This document shows positions 8,585 to 17,839 of a DNA stretch of 64,000 bases, one piece after another. Numbering within the stretch: the stretch's first letter is position 1; each line of letters opens with the position of its first letter. The DNA comes from Candidatus Velesiimonas alkalicola (GTDB taxonomy: Bacteria; Omnitrophota; Gorgyraeia; Velesiimonadales; Velesiimonadaceae). The stretch lies in assembly GCA_013626165.1 (NCBI GenBank), contig NDHX01000009.1, forward strand, positions 2,007-66,006, read 5' to 3'. The notes under the pieces were generated by a model. It saw only the letters and a list, made by a program, of their open reading frames with translations, had not been told where the DNA came from and searched no databases. A program made the translations under genes and the position numbers.

Positions 8585-9322
8585 TTAATCAATCAAATCT
8601 TTTTCCCATTTTTCTGCATAGGGCGAGGGGTTGTTTCGGATGATGGATGTAAAACCGTTGAGCGTTTTTCTTGCGTCTGCGATGGGATAGTAAAAGGCGT
8701 CCCAGTTTTCGCTATCTTCTCCGTCAGAATTGGGTATAATGTAATCAAAAAGATACCCGTATCTTAATTCTTCATAGGCGCTTTTTGCTCTTTTTTCAAT
8801 ATTTTCGAGGTCTGCAACGGAAAGGATGCCTTTCTGTTTCTGTGTTCTTCTTAGAAGTTTTCTTCGCATTATATCGGTTACAATTTCAGGAAGTGCAATT
8901 GTGTTGATACTTTTGAAAAACTCTATCTCCTGTTTTGACAGAGGCGAGATAAATATGCTTAATTTTTTGATGCTTTCCAAAGAAGGATGCCTGATAAACA
9001 TTGCTCCGATATATGCATTGCCTTCAAATACAACATCGCCTGTTTCAAAACTATTCCGCAGATGTGCAATGTCGACAGCCTGAAGGTCCCCACGCACATC
9101 CATAACAATAAAGTCCGGTTTTTGTTTAAGCCCTTCTATGAAAGAGCGGGTTCTGAAATGAAAGTTTATCCCGTCTTTTTCACCCGGTCTTGGAGAGCGG
9201 CTATTATAAAGAACAACCTTTTTTATTTCTTTTGAAATCTCGGGATAGAATTTTTCAAAAGCCCTGTGCAGGGGGCTCTTGCCGACGCAGGAAGGACCGC
9301 TTAGAATTATAAGCCTTGGCAT
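8585..9322 (-). CDS. Guanylate-kinase-like P-loop protein
   Basis: LIILSGPSCVGKS, SRSPRPGEKDGINFHF. Confidence 0.75.
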   Translation of the reverse strand: MPRLIILSGPSCVGKSPLHRAFEKFYPEISKEIKKVVLYNSRSPRPGEKDGINFHFRTRSFIEGLKQKPDFIVMDVRGDLQAVDIAHLRNSFETGDVVFEGNAYIGAMFIRHPSLESIKKLSIFISPLSKQEIEFFKSINTIALPEIVTDIMRRKLLRRTQKQKGILSVADLENIEKRAKSAYEELRYGYLFDYIIPNSDGEDSENWDAFYYPIADARKTLNGFTSIIRNNPSPYAEKWEKDLID

Positions 9323-9906
9323 TCGCTCTCCTTTATCAAGCCGATAGAAAAACCGAACTCTTTTTCAAAAAGGTCTTTTTTCTTGTTAAATCCATATATA
9401 TCCGTATCAGATACATCGCCCTCGATAATAAAAAGCATCTTACCGTGTTGTTTTTTTATCCTTATATCTTTTACGCTACTTGTATGCCCCCTGTCTAACC
9501 CATCTGCAATTCTTAAGATACCGGAAAGTTTTCTTACCCAGTCTTTTTCCTGTTCCGTTAAACCTGAGTATGTTTTGTGTTTCGGGTCCGGCAAAGACTT
9601 TGTATGATACCTTGAAATATTTGCTATCAGATTTCTTTCCCGTTTATCAACATACTTAAAATCTATATCCCTTATCATTCTTTGGGAAATTTTGTTATGT
9701 CCCGCAACCGATACGGAAAGCCCGACATCATGAAGAAGTGCCGCTCCTTCAAGAAGAAATCTCGAATGTTCGTCAAGTTTGTGATGGCCTTTCAAAATAT
9801 CAAAAATTAAAAGTGCCAGCCTTCTTACCTGGAGGCTGTGTTGCAATTCAGGTGTAATCTCTTCCGCCTTGCGTTCAATTTCTTTTGTCTTTTTGAGCAA
9901 CTGCAT
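9307..9906 (-). CDS. Stand-alone HD domain resembling the Ppx/GppA C-terminus
   Basis: HSLQVRRLA, AALLHDVG, GHNK, RYHTKSLP, LRIADGLDRGH; no ASKHA domain. Confidence 0.8.
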   Translation of the reverse strand: MQLLKKTKEIERKAEEITPELQHSLQVRRLALLIFDILKGHHKLDEHSRFLLEGAALLHDVGLSVSVAGHNKISQRMIRDIDFKYVDKRERNLIANISRYHTKSLPDPKHKTYSGLTEQEKDWVRKLSGILRIADGLDRGHTSSVKDIRIKKQHGKMLFIIEGDVSDTDIYGFNKKKDLFEKEFGFSIGLIKESECQGL

Positions 9907-9936
9907 AATAACCCCATACTAAAAACTAAAAAGGAA

Positions 9937-11373
9937 CTATGTGACGGACGCCGGTTGCGGCAATTCCATCCCCTCCTTGACATCAGTATCCATCTTGTTC
10001 CATAGTTTTTTAAATTCCGCGTAAAAAAATTGGATATACGGAAGGGATATATCCATACACACTGGCATAATTTCGTTGATATTGGACTTCCAGTACGCTC
10101 TCTGCTTTTTTTTATTTTTTAAATCAAGAAATCTGGTTGAATCAAGCCTGTCCGAGAGTTTAATGATTTTTGCTGGCTCTCCGTTTTGCTTTATTTTTTC
10201 AAGATATTGTTCCACACCCTTTTCTTCTGCATCTTCCTTTGTTAAAGCCCAAACAATGGATGCAACCCTCGGACCATAATGCTGTTCTATGCTTTCCCTT
10301 CTTGCAACGCTTCCCTTTGTTTCAAGGGTATCGTGCAAAAGTGCAGCAGTTATAATTTCAGCGTCCTGCATCCTTAATTCTTCGGTAAGGATCAGCGCCG
10401 TTCTGAGCGGGTGAATGATATGAATATTTTTTGCATATTCAAGCGCATCCTTTACCTCTTTAATCTCCTGCTTGTTTTTTATATCGCTTAACAGCAATAA
10501 AAATGCGGTCTGGAAGGACATCGGGTCCGCAATGTCGGGAAATATCACGAATTCCTTCTGGTATGAAAGAATAACATTCAGTTTTTCGGTGAATTCTTTG
10601 GATAAATCCAGCCTGGCTTTATTCAGTCGGCTAATACTTATTTCCCCTAACAGGACAAGGGGTCTATCCTGCAGACTCTGTGATTTCATTAGTTCAATTA
10701 TTACATCTATATCATGTATATTGCCCATTACCTGCTGGAGTGAATGTTCGTCATCAAGCACTTTTTTGGTTATCCAGGGGAAAAAAACCTGTGCCACTTC
10801 GGATGTGTATCTTAGTTTTTTTAATGCAATCCTCATTCGATGGAATGCTTTTATATCGGTATCCGCTTTCTGCCTGTGGGAAAGAAATTTCTTGAAAAGG
10901 TCCGTAAGAATTATCTTTATCTGTCTGTGGACATCCATATCGGCGATGGATAAGAATATCTTTTCAATGTCTATCTGTTGCATAAAGTCAGGAGGGAAGG
11001 ATTCTATTGCGCCTCTCGTTTTCTTTTCATCTTTTCTTATTTTTTTATCGATCTTTACGGTGCATAGCCTTACAAACCTGTTTTTTCTAATGAATATTTT
11101 ATTTATAATCTCTTGCTGGATGTACAAATCTCTCAGGCTCCCCATAGGATTCATAATACTTTTTAGAGGTTTTGTAATGGATTTTTTTATTTTTACGGCG
11201 GGAAACATTTTAAGAAGGGAAAATATTGACTGTAGCCTTCTTATGGAAACCCTTAAATCATGCAGGGAATCGGCGGTCACTTCCGTTTTAACGCTTTCAA
11301 ATTTTTTGTTAAAATCCTGTGTCCTCTCGTTAAATATATCTTCAAGCATTTTCAGGTTTTTATCTTTCTGCAT
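9937..11373 (-). CDS. CHAD domain fused to RelA/SpoT-hydrolase-like HD domain
   Basis: CHAD: LHDLRVSIRRL, LRDLYI, FHRMRIALKKLRY, GNIHDIDV; HD: HPLRTA, AALLHDTLE, IKLSDRLD. Confidence 0.85.
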   Translation of the reverse strand: MQKDKNLKMLEDIFNERTQDFNKKFESVKTEVTADSLHDLRVSIRRLQSIFSLLKMFPAVKIKKSITKPLKSIMNPMGSLRDLYIQQEIINKIFIRKNRFVRLCTVKIDKKIRKDEKKTRGAIESFPPDFMQQIDIEKIFLSIADMDVHRQIKIILTDLFKKFLSHRQKADTDIKAFHRMRIALKKLRYTSEVAQVFFPWITKKVLDDEHSLQQVMGNIHDIDVIIELMKSQSLQDRPLVLLGEISISRLNKARLDLSKEFTEKLNVILSYQKEFVIFPDIADPMSFQTAFLLLLSDIKNKQEIKEVKDALEYAKNIHIIHPLRTALILTEELRMQDAEIITAALLHDTLETKGSVARRESIEQHYGPRVASIVWALTKEDAEEKGVEQYLEKIKQNGEPAKIIKLSDRLDSTRFLDLKNKKKQRAYWKSNINEIMPVCMDISLPYIQFFYAEFKKLWNKMDTDVKEGMELPQPASVT

Positions 11374-11388
11374 GTTTAAGATTCCCTT

Positions 11389-12162
11389 CTAACAACAGAG
11401 CAAGGAATTCCCCCCGCTCTTTTCATCACCACTTACCCATTTTATATATTCCTCTATATGTTTTTTCAACTGGTTAAATACCGTTCTTACGGGGCGGTTT
11501 GCATTTATGGTTGTAAAATTATATTTTTTTGACATCCTCATATATTCATCCTGCATCATCTTCTGATATTTCACAAAACTTGTAAATATGTCTGTGGATA
11601 TCCTCATATCCATACCCGATTCCCAGTAATCAAAAAGTGTCTGTTTCATAAGGTTTCTTTCAACAAGTATAGACGGACTTACCTTTAAATAAAATACGAT
11701 ATCCGGAACAAGTGCAATCTGAAATATGTTTTCTATCCATTCCTTTTCAAGCCCACGCACAAGACTTCTTGCAATAAGCGTATAGATGTACCTGTCGGCA
11801 AGGATAATGGAGCCGGCCTTTAAGTTTGGTATGATAATATTCTCCAATTGGTCAAAAAAATCTGTAACATAAAAAAGCGTAAATGTCCTGGGGTCAAGGA
11901 TATTTCCCACCTTTGCCTTTGACAACTCTGTACTTATAAGCGTGGAGCGGTTCAGCCCCATATTTACGGTGGAATATCCCTTTGCCTCAAGCCACTGCGT
12001 AAGCATTGCAATATGCGTAGAACGGCCGGATCCATCAGTACCTTCTACGACAAACAGGTATCCTTTTAAATCTTCCGGCTTGATTTCGGGTATGGGCTTA
12101 CCGAAAAAATTAAGGTATCCGCCTCTCAAATCTGTTCCTCCATCTAAAAGAAAGAATATCAA
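11389..12162 (-). CDS. Thymidylate-kinase-like protein with atypical P-loop (start uncertain)
   Basis: VEGTDGSGRST (Arg in place of Lys), LADRYIYT, PDIVFYL. Confidence 0.8.
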   Translation of the reverse strand: MIFFLLDGGTDLRGGYLNFFGKPIPEIKPEDLKGYLFVVEGTDGSGRSTHIAMLTQWLEAKGYSTVNMGLNRSTLISTELSKAKVGNILDPRTFTLFYVTDFFDQLENIIIPNLKAGSIILADRYIYTLIARSLVRGLEKEWIENIFQIALVPDIVFYLKVSPSILVERNLMKQTLFDYWESGMDMRISTDIFTSFVKYQKMMQDEYMRMSKKYNFTTINANRPVRTVFNQLKKHIEEYIKWVSGDEKSGGNSLLCC

Positions 12163-12802
12163 TATTTTGTTTTACTATCTCCCTTACGGCATCCTGCTGC
12201 TGTTTTATTGATAGGGATGCATCTATCACTTTAAAACCGGTGCCCGCATCTGCGCAAAGTTTTTCATACTCGTCAAAAACCCTTGACTGAAACAACCTAA
12301 AGCTTTCCTCTATATTATCGGAAAGTCCGATGTCCATACCTGCCTCAAAATATTTTAATTTGCTTCTTCCTCCTAATATCCTGTTCACGGCAATATCAAG
12401 AGGAACCCTGCAATAAAATGTAATATCGGGTTTTCTTACAAATGAGTACAGATTCTTCACCCAGTCCCTGTCGCATCCTCTTGCCACATCCCTCGCAAAT
12501 GCGGTATAGATAAACCTGTCGCACAGGACTACAAACCCTGCCTCCAAAAGCGGAAATATTTCTCTTTCATACCTGTTTGTAAAATCCGTGGAATGGATAA
12601 GGCTAAATGTCGTGGGGGTAAGAATCCTTTGTTTCTTTCCCTTCCTTGTCGCTTCCTTCACCGTGGAAGATGAATTCCACTGGCTTAAGAACACCTTTAC
12701 TTTCTGCGCCTCAAGAAATTTTTTAAGAAGGTATATCTGTGTGGATTTCCCCGCTCCGTCTAACCCTTCGAATACAATCAGTCTACCCAATATGTTTTGC
12801 AT
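12110..12802 (-). CDS. Thymidylate-kinase-like protein
   Basis: FEGLDGAGKSTQ, VLCDRFIYT, KPDITFY. Confidence 0.85.
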   Translation of the reverse strand: MQNILGRLIVFEGLDGAGKSTQIYLLKKFLEAQKVKVFLSQWNSSSTVKEATRKGKKQRILTPTTFSLIHSTDFTNRYEREIFPLLEAGFVVLCDRFIYTAFARDVARGCDRDWVKNLYSFVRKPDITFYCRVPLDIAVNRILGGRSKLKYFEAGMDIGLSDNIEESFRLFQSRVFDEYEKLCADAGTGFKVIDASLSIKQQQDAVREIVKQNIDILSFRWRNRFERRIP

Positions 12803-12808
12803 ATTATC

Positions 12809-13414
12809 CTATATTGAAGAATACACAAGATTTTCCGATACAAATGTTTGCACTACTGAAGGAATGCCGTCTCTGACTTCTACCACTATAATATCCGCGC
12901 ACTTCCCTTCTTGTACAGAGCCTGTTTCCTTATTTATACCTGATGCTTTTGCGGGATTCAGTGTTGCCATATTTACGGCATTGTTAAGTGAAAATCCCCG
13001 CCTGTGGATTTCAAAAACGGTATAAAGAATAAACATCGGCGCATAATCCGAAAGCAGGATATCGCCGTAGCCCCTGCTTATCATATCTCTTGCGCTTATG
13101 TTGTTTTAATGAGAGTAGCCTCTTAAAAAGTTCGGCGCTCCAAGACCGACATATATACCCTGTTTTTTTGCAGTTTCAATCGCTTCTATGTTCACCGGGA
13201 ATTCGGATGTCTGAATACCCATATCCTTTACCCATTGGATTTTTTCTTCTGAATCATCGTCATGTGAGGCAAGATAAATATTGTTTTGCCTGGCATAGGC
13301 TATAAGACCTTCTACCTCCGATTGACTGATATCTTGTTTCTGCCTATTCCTGTTTTCGACAATTTTCTCAATATGGCGGTCCTGCACATCATACAGTCTT
13401 TTATATGCCACCAA
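12809..13414 (-). pseudogene. phnM: PhnM relic: 5'-truncated, in-frame TAA at 13108-13106
   Basis: LASHDD, SEFPVN, GAPNFLRGYSH*NNISARD, LSDYAP, ATLNPAKA, GKCADI; both ORF pieces share one frame. Confidence 0.85.
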
Positions 13415-13617
13415 ATCCTTAAAAACCTCCCCTGCCCCTCTTTAAATAGTCCACAGACCACCTGTCTGCGTGCAACGCACAGGCAGATAGTCCATTGTCC
13501 ACAGACTATCTCCTCTCCTTTCTAATGAGAGGTTGGGAGAGATTATGTTTTCCCCGACACATTACCGGATTCCCGATTAAATCGGGAATGACAGAATCCC
13601 CACCCAGAGGGAATCCT

Positions 13618-13670
13618 AAAAAATAAACCCAAAGCTGTTTGTTGCTTCCCTATAACGCAACAACTCTGGG
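13618..13670 (-). terminator. Intrinsic terminator/attenuator hairpin, copy 2
   Basis: CCCAGAGTTGTTGC-GTTATAGGGAA-GCAACAAACAGCTTTGGGTTTATTTTTT, near-identical to 3735-3791. Confidence 0.75.
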
Positions 13671-13749
13671 CCATTATCTTCCAATCCCGCCCTTCCTAAA
13701 AATAGGACAAGGAAAGGCTGGACTAATAACCTTATCGTTTTTAAAAATG

Positions 13750-13818
13750 TTAGTAAGGTCGGTTGTATTGTTCGTTTGTTTGCTTGCTTGCTTGTTTGTT
13801 ATACGCAACCCCCGCCAT
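13750..13818 (-). CDS. Putative 22-aa leader peptide MAGVAYNKQASKQTNEQYNRPY
   Basis: ATG 13818 to TAA 13752-13750; degenerate 4-nt repeat; same YNRPY-stop end as copy 1. Confidence 0.55.
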   Translation of the reverse strand: MAGVAYNKQASKQTNEQYNRPY

Positions 13819-13823
13819 TTTAA

Positions 13824-13852
13824 AATATATCACATATATTGAATTTTACCAA
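13824..13852 (-). promoter_or_regulatory. Sigma70-like promoter of leader copy 2
   Basis: TTGGTA-17 nt-TATATT, 5 nt before ATG 13818. Confidence 0.55.
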
Positions 13853-13905
13853 GTACTTTTTTTCCGGGTGTAATAGCAAAGCAAGAATGTCCGGTTTTTA
13901 GGTTT

Positions 13906-14480
13906 CTATTTATAATGATAGTAATAGCCCTTTTTCTTTTCGGAGACTTCGCCTATCCTTTTAGGCGAGGTTGTTCTTTCCCCGCTTCTTTCCGCCCATT
14001 TTGAGTTGGGATTGTGATATATTTTACCGGATACATCAGGTTGATGAAAAAACTTGTGTCTTTTTAGTATATTTCCAACCGTAGATTCTGAAACCGTCTT
14101 TATACCATTTAGTTCACAATGTTTATCAAGCAAAGGCTTTATTTTTTCCTTCCCAATCCTCGGATGCTCCTCCCTTAAATTTTTAATGAATTTCACTACC
14201 CTGTAATCCACATCGGACCTGCCTGTGCGGGGCACGCAGAGACAGACAGGCTTGCGTGCGAGTAGACCTCCTTATAGCCTCTTATTCTACTATCTCGCCC
14301 AAGATAACGGGCGGAGTCTGTGAAAATTTGGTGTACTTGCATAAAATAGCCCACCTTATCCTTTCATAGCCATCATTGTTCCTTTCAGCCTTCGGCTGAT
14401 TACTCAATTTATATTAAATTACACCAAAAACCAGAAAAAAACCTAATCTCTAATGTCGCATATGTATCTTAACTTTTTCA
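13906..14480 (-). mobile_element. Transposase remnant (IS481/IS3-like HTH region)
   Basis: FIKNLREEHPRIGKEKIKPLLD...SESTVGNILKR HTH; no catalytic core; interrupted by short palindromes; boundaries approximate. Confidence 0.6.
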
Positions 14481-14522
14481 AACAGTGTATTTTATGAGCC
14501 TTATGATTTCTTTTTTAAAAAA

Positions 14523-15338
14523 TTACAAAACCTTCGAAACTTTTACCTTGTCTCCAACTCTTACAGTTGCTTTTTTAAATTCCGATAACAAGGCAGCAGC
14601 AGAGCTGTTTTCTCTTATTTTTTCAATCTGAACCTTTGCTATAATCTGGTTATTTCTTAAAACTGTTAAAACTTCTCCAAGCCTGAGCCCCTGCACCATA
14701 CCGATATCCAGAACGACAACATTATATTCCCTGCTGACTGCAAGCACCTGCCCCTCTATTGTCTTTACTATTATGTCGCCCTCGTCCGTGACTGATGGAG
14801 TGCCTCTCATCTGTCCTATCTCACCTACAACCTGACGGATCCTTTTTTCAAAATTTTCTTTTGCGATCTTTATCTCGGCAAGTTGAAGCATTGCCTCTTC
14901 TTTTGCAATCCTTTCTTTATTCAGTTCAGCCTTTGCCTTTTCTGCATCAGCACTTACTTTTGAGACCTGTTTGTTTAAGGTTATATTCTCTTTCTTTGCC
15001 TGTTCAAGCTGATTGTCGGTGATTGCTAATCTAGATTCTACATCAGAAAGTTTTGACTCAACTTTCTGTCTTGTCCGTTCTTCCATATTTAAATCCGATT
15101 GAAGTTTGTTTACCTCTTTTGTTTTTTCTTCATAAAGCCCGATTATGCGAACCTTTTCCTGGATTTTACCTGCGAGGTTTTTCTCCACAGATGTTTTTTC
15201 ACCCGTAATCTTTTTTACCTCTTCCTGTGTTGCGGACCATTTTTCTTGTAACTTCTTTTTCTGGATTGAAAAATACACGGTTATTCCTAAAAAGGCAAGA
15301 CACAACACTGTTACCAAAATTACAATAATGTTTTTCAT
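14523..15338 (-). CDS. Membrane-anchored coiled-coil protein with C-terminal beta domain
   Basis: N-terminal TM helix, long coiled coil, EGQVLAVSREYNVVVLDIG...VRVGDKV; start MKNII at 15338. Confidence 0.7.
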   Translation of the reverse strand: MKNIIVILVTVLCLAFLGITVYFSIQKKKLQEKWSATQEEVKKITGEKTSVEKNLAGKIQEKVRIIGLYEEKTKEVNKLQSDLNMEERTRQKVESKLSDVESRLAITDNQLEQAKKENITLNKQVSKVSADAEKAKAELNKERIAKEEAMLQLAEIKIAKENFEKRIRQVVGEIGQMRGTPSVTDEGDIIVKTIEGQVLAVSREYNVVVLDIGMVQGLRLGEVLTVLRNNQIIAKVQIEKIRENSSAAALLSEFKKATVRVGDKVKVSKVL

Positions 15339-15411
15339 ATTCTCTCCTTTGAAAAGGTCGCACAGACTAAAGACCCGGTTTACACTTATCAAAAATAGTA
15401 AGCGGTGAGCA

Positions 15412-16866
15412 CTAAAACTGCTGACCGGTGCTCTGGTGTTCTGATGTTCTGGTGGTCAGGTGAGTAGTTACGTAACACTCTTGTGTTTTACTATATAATT
15501 GATTACTTTGCAATACACACACAAGTTCATCTGAAATATCGGTTATATCCCCTGCACCGAGAATAAGGACAATATCTCCATCTTTTATAACATTTAATAA
15601 ATTTTTAAGTATATTTTCTTTCTCAATATATACTATGTCTTTGCGGGTATTTCTTATGGCCTCATATAAAGAAAAACCGCTTACACCATTTATCGGTTTT
15701 TCACCGGCGGGATATATATCTGTTAATATAAGCAGATCTGCTTCTGAAAAACAGTTTGTAAACTCATCTCTTAAAAAATAGGTTCTTGTATATCTGTGGG
15801 GCTGAAACACCGCAACTATTCTTCTGCTCCATAATTTTGCCGTTTTTATTGTTGCAATTATTTCGTTTGGATGGTGGGCATAATCATCAACAACCATTAC
15901 CCCACCATCCATCTTAATCTGAAACCTTCTCTTTGCTCCGTGATATTTTAATAAAGACCGTGAGATATCTTTAAACGGTATATTCAAATACAAACCAAGC
16001 CCAACAACTGCAAGAGAGTTTACGATATTATGCATGCCAGGGATTAAAAGGTTCACCTTCCCAATGTTTTTACCCCCCACAATACAATTATAACAAGCCC
16101 GCACCTTGTCCATATGTATATCTTCTGCCCTTATATCTGCGGCGTCAGATAGTCCATATGTGATAACGGGTTGTTTTTGGACAGAAAAAAGGACAGAAGA
16201 AAGAAATTGACAATCAATACATCCTATTAAAAGTCCGTTCTGTTTTATATTTTCTATAAATTTTGTATAGGACAACAAAACATCATTCATATCTTTATAA
16301 TAATCCATATGCTCTTTATCAATATTTGTAACAATTGCTACTTCTGGATTAAGTTTAAGAAATGAACCATCGCTTTCATCTGATTCACATATTACATATT
16401 TACTTTCACCAAGCATTGCATTCCCTCCAAATTCATCTACCTCTTCTCCTATAAGAACCGTAGGTGAAAAACCATTTTCGTTTAAAAGCATTGATGAAAG
16501 CCCTGCTGTTGTGGTTTTCCCATGTGCACCTGCAATAATTATTCCATATTTTTCATTGACCATATGTGCAAGAAGTTCTCCTCTGTGCATTATGGGAATA
16601 GATCTTTCTTTTGCATACAAAATCTCAGGGTTATTTTGTTTAATTGCACTGCTGTATATCAGCATCTGGCAGTCGGCAGCGCTTGAACTTTTATGTTCTC
16701 CTGTATAAATCGTAGCTCTTTTTTGTCTTAATGTTGATATAAAATTATTCTCTTTTAAATCAGAACCGCTCACCTTCAATCCCTTTTGTATAAGGATTTT
16801 TGCAAGTGCACTCATTCCATATCCACCGATACCGACAAAATGAATATTTTTAATATTTTCTAGCAT
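15412..16866 (-). CDS. murC: UDP-N-acetylmuramate--L-alanine ligase
   Basis: HFVGIGGYGMS, GAHGKTTT, ESDESDGSF, DDYAHHP, FQPHRYTR. Confidence 0.95.
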   Translation of the reverse strand: MLENIKNIHFVGIGGYGMSALAKILIQKGLKVSGSDLKENNFISTLRQKRATIYTGEHKSSSAADCQMLIYSSAIKQNNPEILYAKERSIPIMHRGELLAHMVNEKYGIIIAGAHGKTTTAGLSSMLLNENGFSPTVLIGEEVDEFGGNAMLGESKYVICESDESDGSFLKLNPEVAIVTNIDKEHMDYYKDMNDVLLSYTKFIENIKQNGLLIGCIDCQFLSSVLFSVQKQPVITYGLSDAADIRAEDIHMDKVRACYNCIVGGKNIGKVNLLIPGMHNIVNSLAVVGLGLYLNIPFKDISRSLLKYHGAKRRFQIKMDGGVMVVDDYAHHPNEIIATIKTAKLWSRRIVAVFQPHRYTRTYFLRDEFTNCFSEADLLILTDIYPAGEKPINGVSGFSLYEAIRNTRKDIVYIEKENILKNLLNVIKDGDIVLILGAGDITDISDELVCVLQSNQLYSKTQECYVTTHLTTRTSEHQSTGQQF

Positions 16867-16885
16867 AGTTTTTCTGAAACAAACA

Positions 16886-17839
16886 TTATTCCACAAATTC
16901 CCCTATTTTCCTGAATTTTTTGTATCTTTCCTCAATAAGTACCTGAACAGGAATCTTGGTTATTTCTCCAAGGTGTTTTTTAATTGCATTCTTTACATTT
17001 GCAACAGTCTCTTGTATATTCCTGTGAGCGCCACCCGCAGGTTCAGATATTACATCATCAATAATACCAAAATTCAATAGATCTTTCCCTGTAAAATGAA
17101 GTTCATCTGATGCCTCTTTTACTTTTGTCCTGTCTTTCCATAATATTGCGGCACATCCTTCGGGAGAAATTACAGAATAATATGCATTCTCAAGAATACA
17201 AATCCTGTCTCCTACTCCTATGCCCAACGCTCCTCCCGAACCACCCTCTCCTATAACAATGACAAGTATCGGACTTTTAAGCCTTGCCATCTCTTTTAAG
17301 TTTACTGCTATTGCCTCTGCCTGTCCTCTTTCCTCTGCACCTATACCCGGATATGCCCCGGGCGTATCAACAAAGCAAATAACAGGAAGATGGGACTTCT
17401 CTGCAATTTTCATTATTCTCAGTGCTTTTCTATACCCTTCCGGATGAGGCATGCCAAAATTACGGATAAGGTTTTCTTTTGTATCCCTTCCCTTTTGATG
17501 ACCTATAACAACAGTGGGTTGGTCTTCAAATCTTGCATAGCCACCGATAAGTGCCCTGTCGTCTGAAAATCTTCTGTCTCCATGTAACTGACAAAAATCT
17601 GTAAATATTGAGACGATATAATCAAGTGTATAAGGTCTTTGCGGATGCCTTGCTATCTGCACAATCTGCCAGGGGGTAAGATTTTTATAAACCTCCAATT
17701 TAAGCGATTCAAGACGGGAATTTAATGTTTGGATCTGAATACTCATATCTATGCTGTGGGATTTTGAATAGTTAATCAAATCCTGTATTTTTTTTTCAAG
17801 GTCTATTATCGGTCTTTCAAAATCCAGTACAGTTATCAT
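16886..17839 (-). CDS. accA: Acetyl-CoA carboxylase carboxyltransferase alpha
   Basis: [38 protein letters not shown]; start MITVLDFE. Confidence 0.96.
   Translation of the reverse strand: MITVLDFERPIIDLEKKIQDLINYSKSHSIDMSIQIQTLNSRLESLKLEVYKNLTPWQIVQIARHPQRPYTLDYIVSIFTDFCQLHGDRRFSDDRALIGGYARFEDQPTVVIGHQKGRDTKENLIRNFGMPHPEGYRKALRIMKIAEKSHLPVICFVDTPGAYPGIGAEERGQAEAIAVNLKEMARLKSPILVIVIGEGGSGGALGIGVGDRICILENAYYSVISPEGCAAILWKDRTKVKEASDELHFTGKDLLNFGIIDDVISEPAGGAHRNIQETVANVKNAIKKHLGEITKIPVQVLIEERYKKFRKIGEFVE

Noticed and set aside
10472-11392. 306-aa plus-strand ORF and many similar antisense ORFs across the window
   Set aside because: Shadows of well-supported genes on the opposite strand; no motifs
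13106-13108. Recoded stop (Sec/Pyl or alternative code) in phnM
   Set aside because: The codon is TAA, the gene is also 5'-truncated, and all three stop codons terminate normal genes in this window
13639-13842. 67-aa plus-strand ORF
   Set aside because: Antisense translation of the leader/terminator unit
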